Positions 1 through 9,598 of a stretch of DNA of 64,000 nucleotides are shown piece after piece; positions within the stretch are counted from its first letter, which is position 1; every line of letters begins with the position of its first letter. Location of the stretch: positions 16,211 through 80,210 of the forward strand of contig MHHQ01000009.1 of assembly GCA_001817065.1 (NCBI GenBank), in the 5' to 3' direction. Below the pieces are notes generated by a model. The model was not told the DNA's origin. It ran no database searches and saw only the letters and a program-made list of their open reading frames with translations. Both the position numbers and the translations under genes were made by a program. Source of the DNA: Candidatus Andersenbacteria bacterium RIFCSPHIGHO2_02_FULL_46_16. Lineage in GTDB: Bacteria; Patescibacteriota; Andersenbacteria; UBA10190.

Positions 1-35
1 AACGAGATCTGGTCAAGTTATTTATTTACGGCGCC
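1..35 (-). mobile_element. Partial end of the ~177-bp fold-back MITE (family B), truncated by window edge
   Basis: aacgagatctggtcaagttattt...ggcgcc|taa matches the end of the 60196-60372 copy, followed by TAA. Confidence 0.8.
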
Positions 36-42
36 TAATCGT

Positions 43-570
43 ATGCTTTACACTGGTCGCGGTGATGACGGAACCACGACTTTGTACGGAGGCAAGAAGA
101 GAATTGGCAAAGACAGTAAGATAATAGGCGCATTGGGTAGCGTCGATGAGACTAATTCTTTTGTTGGTTGGTGTAAGGCGGAGGCTTGCGAGGAGGAGAT
201 GAAGCAGGTGTTGGAAGCGGCCCAACAAGTATTATTTGTGCTGCAAGCAGAGATAGCGGGATCGGATAAAACGGTTCGAGTTAGGGATGTGCAACGGATG
301 GAAAAAGATATAAAAAAGTTTAGTGCTGAACTGGCACCTATTAAGGGGTTTGTCTTAGCTGGAGAAACTAAGAGAGCGGCTATGCTGGATGTGGCACGCA
401 CAATAGCACGTCGAGCTGAACGATGTATTAATAAGGGACTGAACGAAGGGGAACTTAAAATTGGGGAGGCGGCTTTAGCCTATTTAAATAGACTATCCAG
501 TCTGTTGTATGTGTTGGCCAGAGTGACTAACGTGCGGGCACGAAAGAAGGAAAAGCCACCCAAGTATTAA
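43..570 (+). CDS. pduO: PduO-type cob(I)alamin adenosyltransferase
   Basis: LYTGRGDDGTT, GSVDETNS, RTIARRAER, YLNRLSSLLY motifs. Confidence 0.9.
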   Translation: MLYTGRGDDGTTTLYGGKKRIGKDSKIIGALGSVDETNSFVGWCKAEACEEEMKQVLEAAQQVLFVLQAEIAGSDKTVRVRDVQRMEKDIKKFSAELAPIKGFVLAGETKRAAMLDVARTIARRAERCINKGLNEGELKIGEAALAYLNRLSSLLYVLARVTNVRARKKEKPPKY

Positions 571-583
571 GGGTGAGGCGAGT

Positions 584-1216
584 TTAGTGCTCGTCGTACT
601 CGAGAGAAAAGTCCAGCGCTTCTTCAATGGCGCCTTTAAGTTGAGAGGGGTAATCGATAATTGATTGCGGGTTGCCTTGTTTAAGGAGAGACTCGTTGTG
701 ATAACCCCAGGTGACGCCGATACAAGGAATAAGCACCTGCTGTGCTTCCATAATATCACCTAAGGTGTCGGTAATGAAAACGCATTCAGTCGGCTGAACC
801 TGGTAATGCTGCAGGAGAAGCGAAAATTTGTCTGACTTTAAGTTGGGAAAGTCATTGGAAAAAATCGCGCTAAAATAGCGAGCTAGGTGATGTTTTTGCA
901 GGTATTGCTTAATGGGCGGACTAGTGGTGGAGGAGACCAGAATAGTGGTGAAATTAGCACCGATGAATTCTAGAGCATCCGCCATGCCGGCAATTAGCGG
1001 CCGGTCAATGATACCTTTGGAATATTCAGTAAAGAAATCAAAACCAGCGTGGGATAATTTCTGCAGCATATCCGCTCGGGAACTATCACGAGCAAATCTT
1101 TGGCGAAAAGATTGTTCTGACTCCTGGGGGTTTATCCGAGAGACGATATCGAAACAGAGGCGAAAAGAATCAACGATTACTCCGTCGAAATCTATTAAGA
1201 CAAATTCTGATTGCAT
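584..1216 (-). CDS. HAD-superfamily hydrolase (phosphoglycolate phosphatase-like)
   Basis: DFDGVIVDS motif I, VFITDTLGD, GVTWGY. Confidence 0.85.
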   Translation of the reverse strand: MQSEFVLIDFDGVIVDSFRLCFDIVSRINPQESEQSFRQRFARDSSRADMLQKLSHAGFDFFTEYSKGIIDRPLIAGMADALEFIGANFTTILVSSTTSPPIKQYLQKHHLARYFSAIFSNDFPNLKSDKFSLLLQHYQVQPTECVFITDTLGDIMEAQQVLIPCIGVTWGYHNESLLKQGNPQSIIDYPSQLKGAIEEALDFSLEYDEH

Positions 1217-1293
1217 GGTCTTTGATTGTAATATTTACGTGAAAAGCAACTCGAGGGTGGTTGTATTATAAGATAGATTGGTCATAGATAGAA

Positions 1294-1323
1294 CAAACGC
1301 CCGAGTAGAAACTGGGGCGTTTG
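1294..1323. terminator. Hairpin downstream of the small acidic ORF
   Basis: caaacgccc...gggcgtttg inverted repeat. Confidence 0.55.
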
Positions 1324-1343
1324 CTGACAACTAAAAAATTCGG

Positions 1344-1481
1344 CTAGACAGTTGTCTCTGCCTCATCGCCCTCTGCCGGAGTTTCCGTTGGAGTTTCTTC
1401 GGCTGGAACAGCCGGGGTCTCTTCTGGAGTTTCTTCGGTTGGAGCTACCGGGGTTTCTTCTGGCATTGTTTCATCATCCAT
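1344..1481 (-). CDS. 45-aa acidic Pro/Glu/Thr repeat microprotein (not in ORF track)
   Basis: MDDETMPEETPVAPTEETPEETPAVPAEETPTETPAEGDEAETTV; perfect GGAGGTGATC SD upstream; hairpin downstream. Confidence 0.7.
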   Translation of the reverse strand: MDDETMPEETPVAPTEETPEETPAVPAEETPTETPAEGDEAETTV

Positions 1482-1588
1482 AAAAGATCACCTCCTCTTG
1501 AGTAAGATAAGTTATTACTAATATTTGCTGATCCTTATCAGCATTAAACTAAGTCTAAAGGTAAATAATAATTTATACAATGAAGTTT

Positions 1589-2554
1589 TTAGTTGGCGGC
1601 AGTTATAGCTTGCATGTTTCGCAGCATTAAGTCGATGTAGCTATCGTGAGGATCAATGCCACCGGTTGGATCAATGGTCATAATTTTTAACTCAAATTCC
1701 TGCTGCATTAGACGGATACCGGCAGAGGTTGTTTTTTGCGGCTCGGTGTAGAAAGATTTTATCTGGTACTGCTGGATTAGCTGTTGCAGTCGTTGCAGAT
1801 CATTGATGGTAGGGGTGCGACCTTCCAACGGTTCATAAGTAGCGACTAGGGAGAGACCATAATGTTGCGCAAAATATGACCAGGCATCATGCACGGCAAT
1901 AAAGTTACGCTGGGTGGCTTGGGAAGCTAACTGTTGGAGTTCCTGTTCCAGCTGGTCGAGCGAGCGGAGGTAATTGGTAAGATTGGTTTGATAATCGGTG
2001 GTGTTGGTAGGATCGATGCGGATTAGTTCTTGGGCGATGGTGGACGCGATAGCCTGTGCATTGGGTACTGTTAACCAATAATGCGGATCTTCGTTGGAAC
2101 TTTCGTGATCGGAATCGGTTTGATCAGAGTTCTCGAGATTGGGGCCAAATTCACGCAGAGTAATGTTTTGATCGACTATGATGGTTGAGTAAGGCAAGGT
2201 CTTAAAAGCAGAATTGACGCCTCGTTCATCGCCAATGGCTTTAAGGGTGGCGTCAGTAACGCGTTGGTCTAAACCATGTCCGATGGCAAAGGTGGTTACC
2301 ACGTATGTTAATTGTCGGATTTGCTGGGGGGTCAGGTTAAATGAGTGGGCAGTGGAGTTGCTGGGAATTAATTGAACGACTTGGGCATGCGGTCCAGCAA
2401 TTTGTCGCGTGATATCGGCTAAAGGAAAAATAGTAGCGGCAACAACTAATTGATCGGGAGGAGGGGATGGGGGGCGAGTCAAAATTATGCCGGCTAACAA
2501 GGCAAAGGCAACTAGGATTATGAAAAACAAGAGGATAACAAATTCTTTATTCAT
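1589..2554 (-). CDS. znuA: Zn/Mn ABC transporter substrate-binding protein
   Basis: N-terminal TM anchor, AHSF, DPHYWL, HDAWSYF, FYTEPQ; ATG 2554 chosen over TTG 2599. Confidence 0.85.
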   Translation of the reverse strand: MNKEFVILLFFIILVAFALLAGIILTRPPSPPPDQLVVAATIFPLADITRQIAGPHAQVVQLIPSNSTAHSFNLTPQQIRQLTYVVTTFAIGHGLDQRVTDATLKAIGDERGVNSAFKTLPYSTIIVDQNITLREFGPNLENSDQTDSDHESSNEDPHYWLTVPNAQAIASTIAQELIRIDPTNTTDYQTNLTNYLRSLDQLEQELQQLASQATQRNFIAVHDAWSYFAQHYGLSLVATYEPLEGRTPTINDLQRLQQLIQQYQIKSFYTEPQKTTSAGIRLMQQEFELKIMTIDPTGGIDPHDSYIDLMLRNMQAITAAN

Positions 2555-2703
2555 AAAGTGTTTGATGGGGTAAAAATAAGTTAGCGAAAAATTTCCCAAC
2601 TAAAAGGATGGATAGTGACAGTATACAACAATAAGGATGTTATCAGGGGGGCGTGAAAAAGGAGGCGCCTAAGCATGCGATGATTAATCGAGAGTGGTTG
2701 TTA

Positions 2704-4047
2704 TCAATGAGATAAGGAATGGCCGGCTGTGTCTTGAGGACGTGGGCGTACCCAACCGCGCAGCAACATAGATTGCTGGAGGCGCCTAATGGCAAGGGCG
2801 TAAGCGGCTTGGCGAAGATTACCGGATGGTGATTGCTCGCTTAGAACATCCCGAGTCGATTCCTGCATTTTCTGTCTTAGTTTAGAGTTGATGGCTTTTT
2901 CGCTCCAGTACAAATTCTGAATGTTTTGCGTCCATTCGTAATAACTAACAGTGACTCCGCCAGCATTGGCTAGAATGTCAGGAATGACGGGGATTTTTTT
3001 CTGATCAAGGATGTCTTGAGCGGCGGGGGTCGTTGGCCCATTAGCGAGTTCTAATATGAGCCGGGCTTGAATTTGCGCCGCGTTGTCCGCAGTAATTTGG
3101 TTTTCGATCGCGGCGGGTACTAGTACATCTACTTTAAGTTCAAGGAGTTCCTGGTTGGAAATTTGCTGGCAGCTATCATCAGCGGAAGAACCAGCTTGTT
3201 CAACAGACAGTTTGGGGTAGCAGAGATTGCGATCTAGTTTACCACCGTGCTGGATAGCCTTGATAACAGATGGGATGTCAAGGCCTTGAGGGTGGTAGAT
3301 ACCACCCTCGGCATCAGAAATAGCCACGACTTTGAAACCAGACTGATCGGCTAAGCAAGCAAAATTTGATCCCACATTCCCGAACCCTTGAACGGCTATG
3401 GTTAGATTAGACTGGGTTTGTTTGGTTTGCGCGAGGTATTCTTGCAGAACAGTTAATCCACCCAGGCCAGTGGCGGCTTCGCGACCTAAGCTGCCACCTA
3501 GGGCAATGGGTTTGCCGGTAAAGGTAGCGGTGATGTGTTCGTGATGGTTATTGAGACGGGAATATTCATCGGTAAACCAAGCCATGATTTGTGAATTTGT
3601 ATTAACGTCAGGAGCAGGAATGTCATTAGTAGGGCCGATATTATTACCCAGCTGAGCGATGTAACGGCGGGCTAGACGCTGCAACTCGCGGTCACTTAAT
3701 TGCTGGGGATCGATAGTGATACCTCCCTTAGCACCTCCGAAGGGTATGTTAACAACAGCTGTTTTTAGTGTCATCCAGGCAGCCAATGCCTTCATTTCGT
3801 CTAAATCTACATTGGGATGAAATCTAACACCGCCCTTATAGGGGCCGCGTGCGTTGTTGTGTTGAACGCGGTAGCCTTGATAGATAGCAATCTCACCAGT
3901 GTCTTTTTCGATCGGCAACTCAACCTCAATCACTTTTTGTGGTACGGAAAGAAGGGCAATGATGTCAGGGTGAGCATCAATTGATCGTCCCACTTGCTCC
4001 AAGGTGGAAGTGAAACTAAAGAAAGGTGAATTTTTTTTCTTAGACAT
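2704..4047 (-). CDS. gdhA: Glu/Leu/Phe/Val dehydrogenase (glutamate dehydrogenase)
   Basis: GYRVQHNNARGPYKGG, PFGGAKGG, DIPAPDV, QGFGNVG, PDILANAGGV. Confidence 0.93.
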   Translation of the reverse strand: MSKKKNSPFFSFTSTLEQVGRSIDAHPDIIALLSVPQKVIEVELPIEKDTGEIAIYQGYRVQHNNARGPYKGGVRFHPNVDLDEMKALAAWMTLKTAVVNIPFGGAKGGITIDPQQLSDRELQRLARRYIAQLGNNIGPTNDIPAPDVNTNSQIMAWFTDEYSRLNNHHEHITATFTGKPIALGGSLGREAATGLGGLTVLQEYLAQTKQTQSNLTIAVQGFGNVGSNFACLADQSGFKVVAISDAEGGIYHPQGLDIPSVIKAIQHGGKLDRNLCYPKLSVEQAGSSADDSCQQISNQELLELKVDVLVPAAIENQITADNAAQIQARLILELANGPTTPAAQDILDQKKIPVIPDILANAGGVTVSYYEWTQNIQNLYWSEKAINSKLRQKMQESTRDVLSEQSPSGNLRQAAYALAIRRLQQSMLLRGWVRPRPQDTAGHSLSH

Positions 4048-4107
4048 GGATAATGTTTAAATATAAAATCAATAGTGTTGACAAGTGTTTTATGATGGAT
4101 AATGATT

Positions 4108-4125
4108 ATTAAGTGATTGCTTAAT
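4108..4125. promoter_or_regulatory. Probable ArsR-family operator
   Basis: ATTAAG-N6-CTTAAT palindrome 20 bp upstream of arsR, downstream of TTGACA (4078-4083). Confidence 0.55.
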
Positions 4126-4145
4126 CTATTAATAAATGTAGTAGG

Positions 4146-4487
4146 ATGTTAACTAAGAAGCAAGCCGAGATTATAAAGAATGATGTCAGCAAGGGCAGTG
4201 TACAGTTGGCAGTTATGTTGAATGCTTTGAGTGATACTGGCCGGTTAAAAATCTTTCGGTTGTTGACAAAGTACGAAGACTTGTGCGTAACTGATCTGGC
4301 CAATGTTTTAGAGGTTTCCGTACCGGCAGCATCACAAGGGCTTCGAATTATGGAATTGAGTGGATTGGTTAAAAAAGAACGACGTGGACAGATGATTTGC
4401 TATGTTGTAGCTAGAGATATGCCATTGGTTCGTGCGCTGCAGCGGATCGTAACAGGAGTACATGTGACCGCGAAGGATAGTAGGTAA
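4146..4487 (+). CDS. ArsR/SmtB family transcriptional regulator
   Basis: ALSDTGRLKIF, LCVTDLA, ASQGLRIMELSGLV winged HTH. Confidence 0.88.
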   Translation: MLTKKQAEIIKNDVSKGSVQLAVMLNALSDTGRLKIFRLLTKYEDLCVTDLANVLEVSVPAASQGLRIMELSGLVKKERRGQMICYVVARDMPLVRALQRIVTGVHVTAKDSR

Positions 4488-4512
4488 TAGTTTATCATTA
4501 AATATATAACTT

Positions 4513-4746
4513 ATGCCAAATGTAGTAATTTATACAACACCAACCTGCGGATATTGTCATCTCGCCAAAGCTTATTTCGCTGAGAATAATATTGCCTATG
4601 AGGAAAAAAATGTAGCGACAGATCTAGTGGCGCGGGAGGAAATGATGAAAAAGACACAACAGAGCGGAGTGCCAGTCATTAATATTGACGGAGACTCAGT
4701 AATTGGTTTTGATCAGCAGAAGATTGCGCAATTATTAGGTATATAG
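4513..4746 (+). CDS. Glutaredoxin/NrdH-like redoxin (YruB family)
   Basis: IYTTPTCGYC, GVPVI, IGFD. Confidence 0.9.
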   Translation: MPNVVIYTTPTCGYCHLAKAYFAENNIAYEEKNVATDLVAREEMMKKTQQSGVPVINIDGDSVIGFDQQKIAQLLGI

Positions 4747-4857
4747 AGATATAATTAGTTGTGAGGTTGGGGGGATAGATGTTTTATCCTTGACTTGTAA
4801 CAGTAAGCTGGTCATAAAGTAGCGAAAGGTTTAAAAGTAATATGTTTATAGTTTGGT

Positions 4858-5628
4858 ATGGATGAGCAAATAGAGAATAGCGGGATTGTGGAAGAAAACA
4901 AAGCTGTGAAAAAGGTGGAAAGAAAGCGACAACGGCGAGAGGAAAAACAACGGTTAAGAGCAAACGAGGTGCAAAAGCAACGGATTAAACGGGCGGTGGT
5001 GTGGGGTCTGGTGGCATTGGGGCTCGCCGGTATTATTTTCTTGGCCGTCAATTTGAGTGGGGAGCAACCAGGCAGTACCGGGGCGGCAGTCGAGGGGATG
5101 CAAATTAGGGCAGATGATTGGATTAAAGGTAATCCAGCAGCGAAGGTTGTCTTGGTGGAATATGCTGATTTTCAGTGCCCAGCGTGTGCTATTTTCAGCA
5201 AGGTGGTAGAAAAATTAAGCAGTTCTTATGGTGATCGGGTGGAGTTTGTCTACCGCCAATTTCCTCTTAAGCAAATTCATCGCAATGCCGAGATAGCAGC
5301 TTATGCGGCTGAAGCAGCGGGTAAACAAGATAAGTTTTGGGAGATGCATGATATATTATATGAGCGGCAGAGTGATTGGTCGGAGAGTGACGAAGCTCGG
5401 AAATTGTTTACAGATTATGCGACAACACTATATTTGGATTTAGGGCGATTTCAGGCAGATAGTGAAGCTAAGGAGATTCAGGAAAAGATTAATGCTTCCT
5501 ATGCAGAGGCAGTCGGGTTAGGTTTGACCTCAACGCCGTCGTTTATATTAAATGGCAAAAAGATTGAAGCTCGGTCTTATGAACAACTTGAACAGCTTAT
5601 CAGACAAGAGTTGGGAGAAGGGACCTAG
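4858..5628 (+). CDS. Membrane-anchored DsbA/BdbD-like thiol-disulfide oxidoreductase
   Basis: TM helix, EYADFQCPAC, YRQFPL, TP cis-Pro loop. Confidence 0.9.
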   Translation: MDEQIENSGIVEENKAVKKVERKRQRREEKQRLRANEVQKQRIKRAVVWGLVALGLAGIIFLAVNLSGEQPGSTGAAVEGMQIRADDWIKGNPAAKVVLVEYADFQCPACAIFSKVVEKLSSSYGDRVEFVYRQFPLKQIHRNAEIAAYAAEAAGKQDKFWEMHDILYERQSDWSESDEARKLFTDYATTLYLDLGRFQADSEAKEIQEKINASYAEAVGLGLTSTPSFILNGKKIEARSYEQLEQLIRQELGEGT

Positions 5629-6037
5629 CTGGTTAGTGGGTGGACAGATTGGGTTGGCGGTGATCGGTTTGTTTTTGGCTACGTTCTTAGCGGCAGAATA
5701 TTTGCGGGGTGCGTGGCCGCCTTGTTCTCTAACTGACGGGTGTCAGACAGTGCTGGGAAGCAAGTATGCCCAGATTGGTCCAGTACCGACGGCTTCGTTG
5801 GGAATTATTTATTATCTGCTGTTAGTAATACTGGGGGTGGCGTACCTACAGGGGAAGCGATTGAGGTGGCTTCATTTATCACTGCGGCTAACAGTGGTGG
5901 GAGCAATGGTGTCGTTTTATTTAGTTTATTTGCAGCTGTTTGTAATCAAAGCAATCTGTCCCTACTGTATGTTATCGGCGGCTCTGTGTTTTTTGCTGCT
6001 GGGAATTGACTTGATTGTTTGGCGGCGATATTTATAA
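5579..6037 (+). CDS. Vitamin K epoxide reductase (VKOR) family disulfide-formation protein
   Basis: CSLTDGCQTVLGS loop cysteines, CPYC active site, four TMs. Confidence 0.9.
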   Translation: MNNLNSLSDKSWEKGPSWLVGGQIGLAVIGLFLATFLAAEYLRGAWPPCSLTDGCQTVLGSKYAQIGPVPTASLGIIYYLLLVILGVAYLQGKRLRWLHLSLRLTVVGAMVSFYLVYLQLFVIKAICPYCMLSAALCFLLLGIDLIVWRRYL

Positions 6038-6080
6038 AACACTCACAATATTCTGATTTAGATGGTTTTGAACTGGTGAT

Positions 6081-6128
6081 CCCACTGTGCAGAAAACCAC
6101 CCCGCCGCAGGCGGGGTGGGGGCTCCAT
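6081..6128 (+). mobile_element. Minimal 48-bp IS200/IS605-derived element (family C)
   Basis: Same left end (cccactgtgcagaaaaccac) and right end (ggggctccat) as 7210-7427 and 26479-26702, joined by a single hairpin. Confidence 0.7.
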
Positions 6129-6181
6129 TAGATAATTTTAGCAGCAACGGAGCGGAAATTAGTCAGGCTGGTGATGGGGGA

Positions 6182-7015
6182 TCACTTGATTGAGTCTTTA
6201 ACTAACGCTAACGCACCATAAAATGCTCGATCGTCGCCGAGTGTGGCTGGTTTGATGACGGGTGGGGTGGGTATGAAAGAAGTAAGATTGGTGGTCGCTT
6301 TGATAACCTGACCTAGGGGGATGTCTCTCATCATGGGTCCACCCAGGACTATAACAGAAGGGGACCATAAGAAAGTGATATTGGTTAAACCGTAAGCGAG
6401 CCACTCAGCTAGTGATGACCATACTTGCGGATCCTTAATGGCTTTGGGGTGGCAATTGAATCGTTTGGCGATACTGGCACCGCCGACTAAGTCTTCGAGT
6501 GAAGAAGGGCTATGGCAGTCGGGGCAGAGAGTACCGCTGGCATCGATAATGTGGAAGCCTGGCTCAAAGCCATACGAATTAGCATCAATCTTTTGATTGA
6601 CAATGCGTGCGCCGCCAACACCGGTGCTGATAGTTAAATAGGCAACAATATCGAAATCACGGCCAGCTCCACTGCAGGCCTCACCCAGGCCAGCGAGGGC
6701 AGAGTCATTGATAATGCGAACCGGAACCTGCGTCAGGTTCTCCAGCTCTTCTTGGATAGGATGACCGATCCAGTCGCTTAAATTTGGCGAGGCGGCTAAG
6801 CGACCCGTTTCTTTATTCATGGTTCCGGGCAAGCCAACAACGACACCTTGAATCGGCTGGTCAGCAACTAGAGGAAGGATTTGGGCGGAGAGGGCAGCGA
6901 TAGCTTCGGTAAAAATTGGCGGGGTAGGGCATTTAACAGGCGGGGTAAACGCATCTGGTGAAGACGTGGTGGTAATACGTGTGTTGGTGCCGCCAATATC
7001 AAGAAAGAGAAACAT
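6182..7015 (-). CDS. ROK family sugar kinase (glucokinase-like)
   Basis: LDIGGT, INDS, LTISTGVGG, EPGFH...CPDC. Confidence 0.88.
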   Translation of the reverse strand: MFLFLDIGGTNTRITTTSSPDAFTPPVKCPTPPIFTEAIAALSAQILPLVADQPIQGVVVGLPGTMNKETGRLAASPNLSDWIGHPIQEELENLTQVPVRIINDSALAGLGEACSGAGRDFDIVAYLTISTGVGGARIVNQKIDANSYGFEPGFHIIDASGTLCPDCHSPSSLEDLVGGASIAKRFNCHPKAIKDPQVWSSLAEWLAYGLTNITFLWSPSVIVLGGPMMRDIPLGQVIKATTNLTSFIPTPPVIKPATLGDDRAFYGALALVKDSIK

Positions 7016-7209
7016 GAATGTAGTATAAAATTCAAATGACAAAGTTCAAATATTCTGAAGGGATTTCCTGGGGGTAAACTTTGATATAACGATAATAAAC
7101 TTAACAAACAGAAAGGACCAGAGTAGCACGATCCTTCAAACAACGAACTCTAAAGTGTAAATGTCAAAGTTCCCTCCTTCGCTCGATTAAAAGCTAAAGG
7201 AAATTTTAT

Positions 7210-7427
7210 TCCACGGTGCAGAAAACTACCCCGCTGGTGGTGGTTGAATCAGCTGTCGCCAATGCTTTGGCCGACAAGACAAGGTGCGAATGGGATAATC
7301 CCTCGCTGCCATTCAAAGCTCCGTGAGCAAGGGAGGGTAGCTCCGCCGATAGCGGAGCAAGTGAGATTGACAGTTGGCTGCTACGCGGGATTCCGCTCCC
7401 AGTCCAGGGGGCGGGATGGGGCTCCAT
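7210..7427 (+). mobile_element. Non-autonomous IS200/IS605-like element (family C)
   Basis: Inserted 3' of TTAT, subterminal hairpins, ends CCAT, no TSD, homologous to 26479-26702. Confidence 0.7.
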
Positions 7428-7557
7428 GTAAGTAGTGTAACGATAGGCGGGATACCCTGAACGTGCGTACCTTGAACGTGCACTTGGACGGGCACTGCAC
7501 TTGTGTATTAAGTGAGCTTAGTTATAATGATTTGATAATTATTTATATATTTAATTT

Positions 7558-8307
7558 ATGACTGAAGATAAACTGACAACAGTTGCCGACACGCAATCAG
7601 CGGTGGGGGTGCCTGTAGCTATTGTTGTAGCAGGAGCGTTAATAGCGGGGGCGATTTATTTTAGTGGGTCGCCGATAGGAAAGGGAGGTACTAAAGAAGT
7701 TAATGAACCGACTGCAGCAGCGGTACAGCCAGCGGACGATGGACAGGTAGCGGGAGCGGTGGTGGGTGACTTAAGGGCAGTTGACGAAAAGGACCATGTT
7801 AGAGGATCAGCTAACGCTAAGGTCACAATAATTGAGTATTCCGACATTGAATGTCCATTCTGCAAAAGGTTTCATCCCACGCTAAGGAAAGTACTTGATA
7901 CCTATCCAAACGATGTAAGGTGGGTATATAGACATTTCCCGTTAGAGCAATTACATCCAAATGCTAAGGTGGCTGCTTTGGCAACGGAATGCGCGGCAGA
8001 ACAGGGTAAGTTCTGGGAAACATTGGATTACCTGCTGGAGAAGGTACAAACAGGAGAAGAGCTAGCCGAGGACAAATTACCCGCATTAGCCCAGAAGGCG
8101 GGGGTGGTCGGAGTAAGTCAGTTTACGACATGTTTGTCGTCAAAGAAATATGAAGCGAGAATTGCTAGTGATATACAGGATGCAGCTGTGGCGGGTGGAC
8201 AGGGGACACCTTATAGCGTGATCATCGGGCCTAATGGAGAGAAGGAGCCTTTGTCGGGAGCGCAGCCTTATGAGGCTGTTAAGGCCGCAGTAGACAAGTA
8301 TTTATAG
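7558..8307 (+). CDS. Second membrane-anchored DsbA-family protein
   Basis: EYSDIECPFC, YRHFPL, GTP, GAQPY. Confidence 0.9.
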   Translation: MTEDKLTTVADTQSAVGVPVAIVVAGALIAGAIYFSGSPIGKGGTKEVNEPTAAAVQPADDGQVAGAVVGDLRAVDEKDHVRGSANAKVTIIEYSDIECPFCKRFHPTLRKVLDTYPNDVRWVYRHFPLEQLHPNAKVAALATECAAEQGKFWETLDYLLEKVQTGEELAEDKLPALAQKAGVVGVSQFTTCLSSKKYEARIASDIQDAAVAGGQGTPYSVIIGPNGEKEPLSGAQPYEAVKAAVDKYL

Positions 8308-8444
8308 CAGAAACTAAACAATTAAGGTGGGGCCGGTAAGCTGAAGCAGCATAAATAAATTAAGGGAAGTCAGTGACAGGCGGAGTGTTAGTGTGGTGTA
8401 AATTAGAGCCGAATGACTGGGGTGCTATGGTATAATGTTGAGTA

Positions 8445-9506
8445 ATGAGAGATTGGCTTTTCAATAGTCCGATTTGGGACACAATACTTTTTGGTAATGC
8501 CTTATATGACTACTTAATGGCGGTCGTATTATTTGCGTTGTTCGTGCTCATCTTTAAAGGGCTGCAGTGGGCAGCGCTACGCTCTGTTGAGGACGTGATA
8601 AAAAGAACAGAAACGAACTGGGACGATGCGATGGTGACAATTATTAAAACCATCAGGCCACCTTTTTACTGGTATGTCGCATTTTATATTGCACTGAGCT
8701 ACTTGAAGATCGAAGGCATCGCGGCCAGGGCAGTCGATTTAGGATTGATCACTTGGCTGGTTTATCAAGCGGTGCTCGCTTTAAGAATTCTCATTGATTT
8801 TTATGTTGAGCAGCGCCTCTCCAAGAGCGACCGCGGAGCCCAGGCGGCTATTCAGCTAGTGCACAGTTTAGCGGGAGCGGGACTATGGCTGCTGGGAGGT
8901 TTATTCTTACTGCAGAACTTCGGGGTTAATGTGACATCTTTAATTGCTGGCTTGGGGATTGGTGGTATTGCTATTGCGCTTGCGGCGCAAAATGTTTTAG
9001 CGGATTTATTCAGCTCGTTAGCGATCTTTTTTGATAAACCTTTTGTGCCGGGCGACTTTATTGAGCTAAATGGCAACAAGGGAACGGTACAGAAGATTGG
9101 TATAAAGACGACGCGGATTAGAGCTTTAAACGGAGAAGAGGTCATAGTGCCGAATCGGGAAGTGACCGGAGTGGTTATAAAGAATATCGGGAGAAGGAAA
9201 GAGCGGCGGGTAACGTTTAAAATAGGCATTGTTTATGAGACCTTAACAGAAAAGGTAAAGAAGGTACCCGAGCTTATTAGGGAGGTAATTGAGATGCAGG
9301 ATAAAATCGAGTTTGATCGGGTGCATTTGAAAGAGCTGGCCGAGTCATCCTTGAGCTTCGAGGTTGTTTATCATGTGAAGTCGAATGATTATCAGGTATA
9401 TATGGATGTCAATCAACGGGTGCTGTTGGGTATTAAGGAGGCGTTTGAGAGAAATGGCATTGAAATCGCCTATCCAACTAGGATGGTTTATGTCAATAAA
9501 CCATAA
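8445..9506 (+). CDS. mscS: Small-conductance mechanosensitive channel
   Basis: LIAGLGIGGIAIALAAQ, DKPFVPGDFI, GIEIAYPT. Confidence 0.9.
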   Translation: MRDWLFNSPIWDTILFGNALYDYLMAVVLFALFVLIFKGLQWAALRSVEDVIKRTETNWDDAMVTIIKTIRPPFYWYVAFYIALSYLKIEGIAARAVDLGLITWLVYQAVLALRILIDFYVEQRLSKSDRGAQAAIQLVHSLAGAGLWLLGGLFLLQNFGVNVTSLIAGLGIGGIAIALAAQNVLADLFSSLAIFFDKPFVPGDFIELNGNKGTVQKIGIKTTRIRALNGEEVIVPNREVTGVVIKNIGRRKERRVTFKIGIVYETLTEKVKKVPELIREVIEMQDKIEFDRVHLKELAESSLSFEVVYHVKSNDYQVYMDVNQRVLLGIKEAFERNGIEIAYPTRMVYVNKP

Positions 9507-9598
9507 GTAAAATAGGCTTTAATGGGCCATAATATTGATAGAAAAATGAGACAGAGGCACTAGTTTATTTTGTCAGCTAGTTTTGACAAAATTTATAA

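Noticed and set aside
1486..1496. GATCACCTCCT resembling the 16S rRNA 3' end (also at ~21495)
   Set aside because: No rRNA sequence around it; it is the reverse complement of an SD for a small minus-strand ORF
7206..7495. Short ORFs overlapping the family C element, and 41765-41950 / 60145-60333 over family B
   Set aside because: Incidental frames within GC-rich or palindromic non-coding elements
7455..7500. Short tandem ttgaacgtgcac-like repeats
   Set aside because: Only about three degenerate units with no spacers; not a CRISPR array
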